A stretch of DNA of 56,070 nt, filler included, from Sphacelaria rigidula (taxonomy: Eukaryota): assembly GCA_964200075.2 (NCBI GenBank). It is 6 parts of 6 records of this genome, joined end to end, with 100 filler letters (N's around TTAATTAATTAA, not from the genome) between each part and the next. Parts side by side here need not be neighbours in the genome. Positions count along the whole stretch, not along the records: positions 37,449 to 46,709 come from CAXNAA020008895.1; positions 46,810 to 56,070 come from CAXNAA020008896.1; 4 more parts are not named here. One strand, written 5' to 3'. Under the pieces are notes generated by a model. That model ran no database searches, was not told the origin of the DNA, and was given only the letters and a program-made list of their open reading frames with translations. The translations under genes and the position numbers were made by a program. Shown one piece after another: positions 39,042-51,095 of the stretch (its first letter is position 1; each line of letters begins with the position of its first letter).

Positions 39042-39960
39042 CTGTCCCCCACACACACACAAGAAGAGGCATCAGGCATCAGACAACGAAAGAGTGGCTT
39101 TTATTTCGTTCGCAACTCTGCCTGTTTCTTCACGTGTCGCGTGTACGTCTTTTTTTTTCTTCATGTGCTGTGGATACGCACGTGGCGTGCTCATCTCGCA
39201 CCTTGGTCGGTGAGCAATAAATTGAACACACTTTATCCAGGCAACATACAGTGCTTGCTGTACAGTGGACTCTGGCAATATGATGTACCACACATGGGTC
39301 ATCAAACATTCCCCCCCTCCTCCCCATCCGCTCCCATGAGGTGGGTCTCGTGATTCCTTCTCCGATCGGGGGGCACATTCTGCGTCTACATCGAAACACC
39401 AGCAAAAACGCCAAGTCATCCGAAGGCCCTCAGTAATGGGCGACTTTCTCGAACCCCGCCACGGTTAACCCTCACCTTGTGCGCGCGCGCGGGGGGGGGG
39501 GGGACGTTACCACGTAGTCAACATAATGCAAGAAGCAAACACAAGAATAACAATTCGCTTTTGCTGACCATCTACGGAGAACGCGGCAACACCAATTCGG
39601 TTGTCACGAACAAGGTGTCTAGGCGAAGGGGATCGCATAACAATACACTGTTTCGGTGCACTCAAGAGCATGAGTTTCCATTTATTTCTGTAAAACCGGC
39701 CCTGACGATACGTACATACAGAATCACGTACTCCCACTTCAACTGCTGGGAGCAGATGCTGCAGCACGTCGCAAAACGCATCACTTCAATCTTGCGGAGC
39801 TACGACGACGTATGCAGAGGTCAGCGATCAAGTGATCAATGTCTCTGTGGCTGCCAATGAAACACCCACGGCGGAAGTACCGAAAATGGGGGCGATGCTC
39901 CATGAAGAAGAATCGAAGTCAAGCACCTGTCTGTCTGCGTGCTCGTTATTTTCCACTCGC

Positions 39961-40071
39961 CTTGTTCCATAAGCGCTCGCCGGCAAACATGAACCCACTC
40001 TTCGACACAAAATCCGATCCTACGATGCTCAAGGCCGTGGATAGGCTGCCAGAAAACACCAACCCAGACAC
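39961..40071 (-). CDS. DUF2061-like membrane protein, middle exon (GC donor)
   Basis: aag|VSGLVFSGSLSTALSIVGSDFVSKSGFMFAGERLWNK|gcgagt; 111 bp, phase 0 at both ends; K...ERxW end of the repeat. Confidence 0.85.
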
Positions 40072-40156
40072 CTTCCACAACATGAAGCACAAGTTACACG
40101 TGAGCGACAACAGGCGGGTCGGGGATGGTGGACAGAGAGGCGGGGCGTGGCGGGGA

Positions 40157-40663
40157 GGGGGGTGCTCATGATCTTCCATGCCATAGTCATGAAACTTTTG
40201 ACATCGCATCCCTACGAAGCCGGGACGGAGCACGCCGGGTTTTCGCCGAACCAGGTTCGCAATCACCAAGCGCGAAGCGCCGTGATGTGTTCGGCGAGTC
40301 GCATGAAGGGTGAGCTGCATCCTGCCCAGGATGCTCAGATTGTTCGGCCCGAAGCATACTAATGATCTTGCTAATGGATGACGGCTTTGAATGGATTGCT
40401 TCATTTTCTGGTATCGCCACTTCCAGAGACAGCCACGGGTTACACACTGCGTCATGGGTGTCTCATTATTTAAACCCCACGTAGTACACTATCATCCCCC
40501 TTGCGCGGAGACAAGTTTTTCCACTCCTCACGACATGACCTAACTCGACCATCATGGTAACCGCGAAAAAGTACAAGCGACAAAAAATACGGTGACCTGG
40601 TTGCCTAGCTTACGCAGTGAGCGGCGTGTTTTTTACAGAGTCGTTGCCAACAGACGTCAATCC
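40157..40663 (-). mobile_element. SINE family A, long copy in an intron
   Basis: Colinear with 14152-14668. Confidence 0.85.
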
Positions 40664-41362
40664 TCTAATGGTGTGTGTGTAAAGCGCAAACAACTGGAGG
40701 TGAATAAGGGGGAGAACCATGGAACGCAGGAGTGAAATAACACAGTGTGTCGAGCGAGACAGTTCGACATCTTTCAGCGGGCGAGCGAGCTAAATTACAC
40801 ATTCACATTCACATTCACAGCAGAAACAACAGCAGAAACAACAACAACAACAATAACAACAAATACTGCATGGCAAAAATCAAACAGACACGCTGTTGGA
40901 CAGGCGGGCACATAAATATCTTCATCAAGCAAAAAAACACCCCTAAAATTCACACAGACAACAACGAACCAATCACACATACACTTTACAATCGACCGCA
41001 CAGACGACTACGACATTTTACAATCGCAGCAGATGTATTAACGCAATAGATCTCGTTTCACTTGCATGCATGGTGGAGTATCATTATTACTCCATCTTTT
41101 ACCATTCAATTGTCGTGGACTTTGATCGTCATCACAAATCCAAAGAGGCACACCTCATGGACACACGCATTTATATACACACACACGCACATACACCTGA
41201 GAAGCGCATAGCTGGCAGCCGCTCGACCGACCCGCCATGACCGCGAAGCCACACACAACGCCACTGCAACTCGAAACCATCCAAGAAAACGAACTTGCAG
41301 CCCTGCCTGTTCCCCCAAGGTAGGTGATAAACGCTAACATCCCTTTCACACACGCCTCTCAC

Positions 41363-41539
41363 CAAGGTCACCACCCCCGCAGTGAGTCGCCACACCAAAG
41401 CCTTAACGAACGACCGTGTGGTACTCTCCCCGTAAACTAGCTCCGGCCCAGGTGCAGGATCGGAGTCGGTCGGGGGTTCTGTAGGGGTGTCCGGGAGGGG
41501 TGTCGCTAGCATCGAGACCTTTGCTCGCCGCGCAAGCGC
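41363..41539 (-). CDS. DUF2061-like membrane protein, first repeat exon
   Basis: cag|ALARRAKVSMLATPLPDTP...GESTTRSFVKALVWRLTAGVVTL|gtgag; 177 bp. Confidence 0.85.
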
Positions 41540-42212
41540 CTGTAGAGCAAGAAGGCAGCGTGGGGACGACACGAAACAGTGAGAGGATGTCGATGCTGGG
41601 TACCTAAATAATGACTGTGCATGGACGTACGCCACTTGGGCGTGGGCGAGTACATTTTTTTCTCCAAGGGGGAAGGGGTTCTGATAAATCTCATCGATAC
41701 CTTTCGAATTACCGGTGATGACTCCAACTCCCCGCTGCATTTCAATTTTCAGTAGACCATTCCTCATGGGAATTAAAAAGAAATAAACGCTGGTTTTTTT
41801 TTTCTCGTTTTTTGTGAATCCCACTCGTGAGAACCCAACATACCTCGTAGTTCTGTCCAAGAACCTCTTATCGGTTCTGTTCTCGTAGGAACGTTCTAGC
41901 ACCGACGAAGGTTCCTCGGATGTCCGCTAGATCTTTGAAGGATTGTTTCTTCGTCTCGGAATAACCGGAAAATGTCAGACCGAATATGCCGAAGAGTCAT
42001 AGAATGTTGGACACACCAGACCCAAGGTGATCTACACGTTGAACTAAACCCCAGGTCAATTTCTATTGGTACAAGGTCCGATGATCCATATCATTTCGTC
42101 GGAGATGAGCTGCATGAATAGATCGCAGATCATCCCCGCCTCATCTCACTTCTTTCTCTCCACTTCCAATCTGTCTGTCCTGCTTACTCGAGCTCTGTCC
42201 TGTCCCTCAGCG

Positions 42213-42290
42213 CTAAGAACGTAGCTTAACTGACAGGAGCACTTTGAGTTTCGCAGAGAGAGTAAGGGTTCAAGTCCCTTCGTCGGTCTT
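42213..42290 (+). pseudogene. tRNA-like sequence (pseudogene or SINE head)
   Basis: TAGCTTAACTG A-box-like motif and AAGGGTTCAAGTCCCTT T-arm; acceptor and anticodon stems pair poorly. Confidence 0.45.
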
Positions 42291-42504
42291 CTATCGTATA
42301 CGACTCTTATATTCGGCAGCGTTTTTAGTGTGAAAATACGACCCAGCGTAAACTGTCACCTCGGCATGACCTACTCTACTGCGTGACACGATTCCGGCAC
42401 GCGTTGGCGATTTGGTACGCTCAGGTTGAGTTTAGGCTGACAAGAATAGATCGAACCTTGCACATCTCCAAAAGCGACACCCCAGACGGTTCGTGAAGGG
42501 CGAG

Positions 42505-42575
42505 GGGCGTACTCATTTGTTGCTTGCCTTAGTCGTTCGACCATTGACCACGCATCTCTTTCGAGACGGAGCATG
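42505..42575 (-). mobile_element. Solo LINE 3' tail (family B)
   Basis: Near-identical to 31441-31506. Confidence 0.8.
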
Positions 42576-43504
42576 AGACGTAGGGGGGGGGGGGTTCGCA
42601 AACCTCAAACACAAAATCAAAATAATAATCAACCTCACCCGTGGGCGCCGCGTGCAGCACACTCATCCCCATAATATATAAGGCCGAAGCTCGTAAGAGT
42701 AGGGCGGCGCGTGCACTGTGGGGGATCCTGGTGGGTTCAACTCGCACACTACGCACTGCCTCGAGCAAGGCTTTCCGAACGCTCGAGGCGCCTACCCCAC
42801 ATGACTGACTGTATGCCGCGAGGCAGTCTAGCCGAGCCTCCGGGTAGTCGGCACACGACCCTGTTCGCTGGTAAGTGTTGTGTCAGGTTTCCTTCTTCCT
42901 CCAAGAAAAAAACAAGTTGACGCACACAGACACACACACAAGCAACGCGCATGAGAACCACCCCATGATCCCTTGTTGCCCAAGCAAAAGTTCGTGGCAT
43001 TGAGAGTAGAGGGACGAAGGGAGAACTTGGTTGGCATCTGTGCTTTGAACATGTCGACAAAGTAAAACGGCTCACATTGACGCCCGCTCAAGCATAGGCT
43101 GCTGGAATGTGTGTTTTTGGGCAATATACGAAAGGTCAAAATGGCTTCGCGAAAGGTAAGCCGTGCGCTCTGGTGTGGGTTAGAAAACACCGACGGGTCG
43201 AACAATTCGTCATTCCTGTATAATAAATCACCTTCTTTTCTTCCACCTTCCATTCGCACGGGTCTGAAAAACACGCTATGGGCGAATCGTTTGCTCAAAG
43301 GCTGTAGAAAAACAACCATTTCTTCCCCGAAAAAACGTCATATGTAAATCGGCAATTTTAGATCAACGGTTCCGAAAGGGTTAACACTCAAATCGATTAA
43401 TATCAAACATGACTACTTTGGCGACGAGGCTTCCAACCCTTATACGTCGAGAGTAGAGAGTAGGGTTTAGAAGTGTTTATAAGTGGGACTTGATATTAGT
43501 GTGA

Positions 43505-43740
43505 CAGCGAAATCCGGATCTTTAGTGGGGGCTGTGCTCCTAGCGTGGGCAGAACGCGTTCTTGTCTGAATCGGGGCCTGGGGCGCCGATTTGAGGTCTG
43601 GCAACGCACCTCTGCCTAGTGAACACTTTGCACCTTCCTTGCCCGAGGGTTCTCGGTATGCCTTCGTTGAGGTTGAGGTTGGGATTAGGATTAGGGTTAC
43701 GATTAGAGTTGGTGTTATTCGAAATCATGAATTTTCGAGA
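43505..43740 (+). mobile_element. Interspersed repeat family I with a TTAGGG-like internal tract
   Basis: GGCGCCGATTTGAGGTCT...CCGAGGGTTCTCGG followed by degenerate TTAGGG; copies at 47708-47895 and, reversed, 54250-54580. Confidence 0.7.
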
Positions 43741-44387
43741 AATTTTTCACCCCTTCCTTCTGACGGTTGGGTCGTGGGTTCGAATCTCGGAGCGATCTGC
43801 GATTTTTTCTCACACAATGCCAACAGTGGAGAGCGACTACGAGCTGGGCCAGCCAAGAGTAGGTGTGAATCTCGCTCCGGCGACGCACAGCGCGATATGA
43901 GGAGTTGGACGTTGAAATTTTGACAGCAGCTTTTCATGATCAAAATGCAGAGGATCACGTGGCCAGCAAAGAAAAATAGGAGAAAAAAGTAGGCATTTGA
44001 AATTTCCAGGGGTCTACACGTTACACGTTACACGTTCACGTTACGTTCATCACGTTAAAAAAATAATGTTCACGTTACGTTACGTATGTCACGTTGAATT
44101 AATTCTCACGTGACGTTAACGTTTCATGTGGAAATTTAACGCTCGTTCACGTTACGTTCATCACGTGATAAAAATAAATGTTCACGTTTCGTTACATGTA
44201 ACGTGACATGAAACGTTTCAATGCCACGTGTAACGTCTAATATAACGCTACGTTGACGCGTGTAACGTTCGAATGTGACGTTACATTCTGTGCATGTCGC
44301 GGCTCATTTACCAGTGTTGAAGGCGTTATGCAACGTGTGGTGTAACGCGTGATGCTACCGTATACGTGACGCTGACGGTGACCCTTC

Positions 44388-45664
44388 GGCTACTTCTCAT
44401 GTATAAAAAAACTCTATAAAAAAACGCGTTTCCTAATAACTGACGAAAAACCAACTTCTCATGTGATCAGTGCACGCGTTTTTTATAGAACCTTTTCTGA
44501 TCACATTTTCCGATAGCCCAAATGTATTGAGAATCAGGATTTTCTGATAGCTTCGGACTATCGAAACTTTTATTGAAAACGCGTTTGAAATCCCGCCGCA
44601 CGCCAACACACCCTCTAGCCCACGACAGCAGCCATGGTGGCTTGGCTGTCATCACCGCTGCCGTCACTGGTGCTCGCAGGCAATCAGCATGTTGCTTCAT
44701 TATCCTTCACTCGCCAGTATCATGGCGACCCTTTACCCGATGAGAACAGCACAGGGCGTGGTCGATGACGAGTGCTGTACAAACACTCTCTATGTAGTTT
44801 GCACAGAGAGTTTTGTAGCTCGCAGCTCAGGTCTCTGCATACAGCGTGTTGTGAAGAGCACTCGCAATGCAGTACAGACTGCCCACGCACCCAAGACTTG
44901 TAGCGACAGGACCGCACTGACTGTACACACAATACCACAGTATAAGCAGTGCTACTGCTGTAGTGTCTACAGGGCTTGGGTGCTTGGGCAACCTGTACTG
45001 TATTCGAGTGCTGTTTGCAACACGTTCTATACACAGACCTGAACTGAGCTACAATACTGTGCAAACTACATACAGAGCGTCTGTACAGCACTCGTCATCG
45101 ACCCTGCCCTACTCTGAATCATTGGGGTAAGGGCCATCACGCTACTGGCGAGCGAAGGACAGTAAAGCAACACGCTGACTGCACGCGAGCACCAGCGACA
45201 GCAGTGGTGATGACAGCTAAACCATCACTACAGCCAATGCATACAATACAACAGTACTGTTGTGTGTACTGTTGTCCGTGCTGTCCTTCCAGTCAAGTAC
45301 TATCGTGCAGTGACGAAGCACAACCGTCACTTTTACAGCCAGTTAGTACAGCAAGGCGGTGTTCGTATTGATCGTCTTGAGTCACGCAGCCCACCATGTA
45401 CTGCTCAGGCAATGTATCACGGTAGTACGGGCAGTCAGTACGAACCGTACACCACGACAGGACAGCAGAATGCTGCGTCTCTCGCGCGCTCCAGAATTTG
45501 AAATCATGCCTGCACACCTCATAGAAAACGATGAACACTGCGTTTTCAATTTCGACAGTGTGTCGATCACGTGAGAAAGGCTACTTTGAAAAATTTTATG
45601 GATAATCGTGCTGTTGAAAAACGGCTTTTCTGATAACGTGTTTTTTCACACATAAGAAGTAGCC
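44388..45664. mobile_element. Nested TIR element (PIF/Harbinger-like)
   Basis: GGCTACTTCT.ATGT ... ACAT.AGAAGTAGCC termini with weaker symmetry continuing inward; flanks TTC/TTG. Confidence 0.6.
44635..45227. repeat. ~590-bp imperfect palindrome (hairpin)
   Basis: Arms pair throughout, e.g. GGTCGATGACGAGTGCTGTACA / TGTACAGCACTCGTCATCGACC and TATGTAGTTTGCACAG / CTGTGCAAACTACATA; loop near 44930. Confidence 0.92.
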
Positions 45665-46709
45665 TTGAATGTGGTCGACATGATTATGATGTTATGATGC
45701 AGGGCTGCAACGATAACTTGGAATGTGAGGTGTGATGGGGAGAGCGCGAAATTGCTGCAATAGTACCATACCTTTGTCGTGGTCATTCAAACTCACTCGT
45801 GCTCATTGAAGCACAATCTTCTGGGATTGTAAAATTCATTGCAAACTTGAAGTTTCACGTGTTCATGACGTTTCATGTAACGTGTAACGTAACATGTAAC
45901 GTTACGTGCAGCGTGTAACATCTGATGCACGCGTAGCGCGTAATAGACGTTACACCTTACATTAAACGTTTTATATTACGTGATTTGAACGTCTGGGCAA
46001 TTTAACGTTCACGTTACGTCACGTTAAAAAAATTAACGTTACGTTCATAACGTGAAAAAAAATAGCGTTCACGTTACGTTTCGGCCGAAACGTAACGTGA
46101 ACGTAACGTGTAATGCTATGGCACGTGTAACGTGTAGACCCCTGGAAATTTCAGCAAAAACAAGATAATGTCTCAAGTCCAAGAAATGAGAATCTGCAGC
46201 TGGACACGTGAAGTATTAGTTCCTTGGGGGCAGAAGGTCTTCCTGAAATTTCAGCTCAGGAGTCGTCGTATTGGGCCGTGCGTTCAACATTCTCCGTGAC
46301 GCTGCTGCACCCCTATGAATCAAGTGATGGGAGACTCCAATTATGGAGATCATGAGTTCGAATCCCGACAGATTCTCTTTTTTTTTCGTCCGTCGTGAAG
46401 GTTATACATTATGCAGTACATTATTTTCATTTTTTTTCTTTCAGCGGCGGTGCCGTGTATCACCAGGTTGGTCAACAGTTCACAGCGATATGCTCACATC
46501 GGGTTCATTCGGGAAACTGGGGAAGCTGTGGTGTGAACAAGTTTAGCAGCTCTTAACCTGGCCCAGCTCGTCTGTTGTGGGTACACATAATTTGACTGAA
46601 CCCTTGGATAGCGACCCCCCCGCTGGAAGACTGACTTAACCCTTTTGGGACTGGGCCTCCAGAACGACCAACGAGGCTGGTTAGGAACGACGTGTCCTGC
46701 ATATACATG

Positions 46710-46809
46710 NNNNNNNNNNNNNNNNNNNNNNNNNNNNNNNNNNNNNNNNNNNNTTAATTAATTAANNNNNNNNNNNNNNNNNNNNNNNNNNNNNNNNNNN
46801 NNNNNNNNN
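46710..46809. other. Artificial linker
   Basis: Same 100-bp N/TTAATTAATTAA/N structure. Confidence 0.98.
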
Positions 46810-47249
46810 AAAAAAAGGATGGGAAGGCTTCCAACCGGTGGATTTCCGTCTTTTGTTTTTTTGTCACCTGCTTGCCGGGTGAGTAGGTACTGCTGTGTTT
46901 GGGACTCAGAAAAGACATCGGTTTTGGGCTTTGCTCGAGGTGCTCGCGAAAACGGCAAAAAAAACCGTTCACAAAGACTTGCAAATGGGAACGAGATATG
47001 TCACTTTTCCTCCAAGCGAGCTTATATTTCGCCCCAGAGGAAGTATTATTTACTTGCAATTCGTGGGGCTATGGCCTGTTATAGCAGTGGAAAGGACACA
47101 AAGCAGTCTTCGTGTCTCTTCCTTTATGTTCTCTTGGTCATCCTACGGGAAACTCTTCTGTCGGTCAGTGCGTGCGGCTTGTAATGGACAACGTGCCCAG
47201 ACTGCAGAGCTCGCGAGCTCATGATTTCAGTAGATAGTACCACTTGGTT

Positions 47250-47665
47250 GAACGTAACTTTTAACACGGGATTTTTTTACTGAGGATGAACCTTGGGAAG
47301 TTTCATACTCATCGAAATATTTTCGAAAGAGAAATACGAATGCACTCTCTGGCCCTGATGTGCGGCCTCGTTCATCCCAAAAAAGAACAAAATAACACCT
47401 GCAATTTGAAATATCCCGTGTTTTTGGTGGATTAAGATAAAAAAATAACAGTTTTGTACCGGAATGACCGGAGGACGACATCGTTCAGTATGAAAAACCC
47501 GGATGTTACCTATTTCAGATTGACTTTTTTCAGGGTGAGTGAGACCACACATCACCGGCGGAGAGCGAGTTTGTATTTATTTTGAAAAAAAATATGTCAA
47601 GGCGTATGAAGCTTTCCAAGGTACATACATCCTCGATAAAAAATCCATCCCAAACTTGTAACATT
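47250..47665. mobile_element. Foldback MITE with long diverged TIRs
   Basis: GGATTTTTT...GAGGATG...CCTTGG.AAG.TTCATAC mirrored by GTATGAAGCTTTCCAAGG...CATCCTC...AAAAAATCC. Confidence 0.7.
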
Positions 47666-48059
47666 CCATGTTTTTCGCAGAATATTTAACTTGATTCAGA
47701 GTGTATTCAACGAAATTCGGATCTTTGGTGAGGCTGACCGTCCCGAGTGTTGCTAGCTTGCGCAGAACGTGTTTTGGTCGGCGCCGATTTGAGGTCTACC
47801 AACTCCGCACTTTGCCCAGAGAACACGTTTGATGCCCTGGGCCGAGGGTTCTCGGAGGCCTGGGTTGGCGTTAGGGTTGAGGGTAGCGTTTCCTCATCAT
47901 CATTGGTTTTCGAGAAGGTTCCATTCTGTGTGTTTGTTGTCATCTCATCTATCCCGGACGGTAATCTACACCTCTCGGTACAATGTATCAGCCAGGGCCA
48001 CATAGGAGGAAGGCCATCACTTGAGTTGTTTCTTCTTTCTTTTGTTTTTATAATAGTCC

Positions 48060-48258
48060 CCCATCTTTTTCTGCGGCGTTTGCCTTGTTTTTGATCGCGA
48101 GAGGGGTCCGGCGGTCTGTTTCCCTCGTCGACGGTGACGTCGAAATTGGTGTAGACACGGCATGATTGCTCCCCACTGTTGGGCATGGTGTGAGAAAAAG
48201 TCCCAGATTGTGTGACTGCATCGGGGTTACTAACTGAGCCACCGGGGCGACCGGCTTC
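48060..48258 (-). mobile_element. SINE family D, internally deleted copy
   Basis: Reverse strand CCGGTCGCCCCGGTGGCTCAGTTAGTAAC...CAGTGGGGAGC matches 50430-50553. Confidence 0.65.
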
Positions 48259-49171
48259 CACGAAGCAGGAGTATGACGTCCATAATTAACAACGTTTTTT
48301 CGTGAGATTGAAAGTAGAGGATGCGATTTGGAATGAGAAGCTTTCTATAAATTAAAAAAAAAAAAGTGTCAGTTCCGAAATGCCCCTCCACGAGGCTCGA
48401 TACGTTTTCTGCAGCCCTTGATATCTCCGGGTAGGATATCGATGTGTAGCTGCAAGCACACGCCAGTGACAGACAAGGAAAAACACACAGAATTAAAAAA
48501 TGGCCAAGTTCAAACGAGTGATAAATTCTACTCTCAATAAACACTCTACTCTCAATCTCACGGAAACATCGTTGATTGCCTTCGTCTCTTGTTCTACAGT
48601 GCTGGTTTTGCCGTTTTTTCCTTCACGTCTCTGTGTCGTCGCGGTGGGGGTGTGAGCACATGCACGACGTGCGAAAACATTCATGAGGTTTTACCGATCT
48701 TTTTTTTTGGGCACTTGGGCCGTATGGTTCTGTTTTCGTGTCACACGGGTTTGCATGTTGTGTTTACTCCGTGGTGTTCGCAGGTAATACGTTTTGAAAG
48801 GAGTCGGAATGGAGTGCGGTTATTAGCGCGTTTCTTTTGTGATCTCCCTATACCCTCGTATCGTACGTCCAAACCCGTCATCTACGCGTTTTGAATAGGA
48901 AGCGGAACAAGGAAAAAAGTTGCGATTGATATGTGAAATTATGGGGGGGGGTTACACCATTGAGGATATTGGGTTTTTTTTTTCATCTTTTTTTTCGATT
49001 TCACCTCACTTCGCAACGTGTGCCACAAGACTCTTACAGTTTAAAGAAACCCTTCACACCCTGTACATTATAAAAAAATGTAGTCGACACTGTACGCAGT
49101 ACACGCTTTGACAGTGTAGTATACTTTCCAGGTTATGATACCGTTATCCCTGTTGCTCCCTTTGTTTTTTC

Positions 49172-49406
49172 CAAGGATCTACACGTCACACTTGTTACGT
49201 TCACGTTCCACGCCAAACGTCGTCAATAGTTAAGCCAGGCTAGTACTACGGTGGGGGACCACGTCGCGGGCCCTGATTTGACTCGACTTTCGAACAGGGC
49301 TCCCCACCTGGTCCCCGCGCCCCCCACCGTAGTACTAGCCTGGTGTAACGTTTGACGTGAAACGTGACACGACGTGACACGTGACGAGTGTCACGTGAAT
49401 ATCCCT
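49172..49406. mobile_element. Short hAT-related MITE with an inner 23-bp perfect inverted repeat
   Basis: Left end CAAGGATCTACACGT resembles the 44007 TIR; inner IR CCAGGCTAGTACTACGGTGGGGG at 49235-49257 and 49321-49343. Confidence 0.65.
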
Positions 49407-49537
49407 TTTCTTCTTTTTCTTCCCCCTCCCGTTCGCACCTGGTAAAGGCCACAAGATCGCAGCAGCATCGAGTCCACAAGTGCGTTGTCGCCGCCATTGC
49501 ATTTGTATTTTTTGTCCGTGCTGCTGCTCGTGGACAG

Positions 49538-49690
49538 ATCGTGCTGGGCACCTGTAAAGTGGACCGCTCCAGGCTGACGTGCATGGCGCATTCCATGGGG
49601 GGGTTCATCTCGCTCATGGCAACCGCCGACGGTTGGGCTAAGTCGAGATTCCAGCGGTTGGTCGTGTGCTCGCCCATGATCAAGATGAAG
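49538..49690 (+). CDS. Alpha/beta-hydrolase exon (lysophospholipase/Hydrolase_4-like)
   Basis: cag|IVLGTCKVDRSRLTCMAHSMGGFISLMATADGWAKSRFQRLVVCSPMIKMK|gtaat; nucleophile elbow AHSMGG and downstream SPM. Other exons not identified. Confidence 0.85.
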
Positions 49691-50428
49691 GTAATAGATA
49701 TGAGCTTGAGGTGCCGGTGACCGTATCGCCTGGGTTGACCGACAAATTTCCCACCCCACGTCTGCATGCTGTGGCTGCGTGTGTTCGGCACTCGCCCACT
49801 GATTGATTGATTGATTGATTGATTGATTATAGCACTTTGACTGACCCCCCAGGGGTACAACCGTGGTCTCATGATGGACGTACGTACCCAAGAAAGACGA
49901 AACTGAAACACGCTTTGAAGAAAAGAAGGAACATGAAACCTGAATCTCAAGTATTGTGTCGGTGTTAATACATACGTACGTGAAGGAGTGATGAGTCCTC
50001 GCCCGACATTAGGTAGTTTGGGAAAAATCCTTTTTTTTGTCATTTCTGAGGGCAAATATATCAGGATCAGAGTGTAACGAAAAACTACTTCCCCCTCCGT
50101 CAAATGTGCGTATCTCCTTCCCATTTTTTCGATGAGGTGTTTTTTCTTATTCTGCATTCTGGTCCTCCGATATTTGCACTCTGAAATGACAAATAAGCGT
50201 TTTTCCGAAGTAATATATCGTGGGATTTTCTCCCTCGTGGACGATGGTATCAACGTCACTCCGCCTTCCATCTATGAGCCCCTTACGTACGTCCTTTGAC
50301 GAGAAGATGCTTGTCGGGGGCAGGCTTTCTCGCCGGCTAGTGGTGATGGTATTCTTCCCTCTTGTGCTGTCTCTACAGCATAATATGTTGCTTTTCCCGC
50401 CCGCTTGAATGTGGGGAATACTTTGCAA

Positions 50429-50876
50429 ACCGGTCGCCCTGATGGTGTAGCTGGTAACCTCGGAGCCTTCTCGCAGTTGGATCGTCGGTTCAAATCTCGG
50501 TGAAGCCACACAATCTTGACATTTTTCTTGCGCCATACCCAGCAGTGGAGAGCGACAATGTCGTGGATACACAAAGTTCGACTTGGCGGTCAACAAGGGG
50601 AAAGGGCCGCTGAGCTTTTTGTTGATAAAAAGCAAGCAAGCACCGCAGAATAAAGGTGGAGCCCTGAAGCAAATAAGAAAAAAAACTCGTGTGTTGACCT
50701 TCCCTGTGTGACCCCGGCTGATGCGCCCACATGTACCGAAAGGTGTATACTGGCGTCCAGAATTGATGGGATGGCAAAACACATACACTTTTCATTTAAT
50801 ATAGTAATGTAGATGGGATGACAGCACACACACTTTCCACTCAATATATGAATGTAGATGGGATGACAACGCACAC
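50429..50876 (+). mobile_element. tRNA-derived SINE family D, full-length, with a tandem-repeat tail
   Basis: A box TGGTGTAGCTGG (50443), B box GGTTCAAATCT (50487); three ATGGGATG.CA..CACAC repeats at the 3' end. Confidence 0.8.
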
Positions 50877-51036
50877 CCTCTTTATTACTCTGTGGTGTTG
50901 ATCGGGCCTGGGGTTCGAACCCGGGACTCCCTGTTCAGGAAGCAAAGGAAATCACCCATCAATATCGCCCTTGTGGAGAGGATTTGAGTCATATGCAGAC
51001 ACTTGCGCGTGCCTCCCCTCATGTGGTGAAATTCAT

Positions 51037-51095
51037 TCATACATACATACATACATACATACATACATACATACATACATACATACATACATACA
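51037..51095. repeat. (CATA)n microsatellite
   Basis: Direct reading. Confidence 0.95.

Larger units (their letters stand above)
44007..46144. mobile_element. Non-autonomous hAT DNA transposon
   Basis: Perfect 22-bp TIR CAGGGGTCTACACGTTACACGT; perfect 8-bp TSD GAAATTTC (43999-44006, 46145-46152); CACGTT/AACGTG subterminal repeats; no transposase. Confidence 0.93.

Noticed and set aside
42213..42290. Functional tRNA gene
   Set aside because: Acceptor and anticodon stems do not pair properly; kept only as tRNA-like.
49246..50271. 341-aa minus-strand ORF
   Set aside because: Crosses repeats and a microsatellite, and is antisense to the hydrolase exon.
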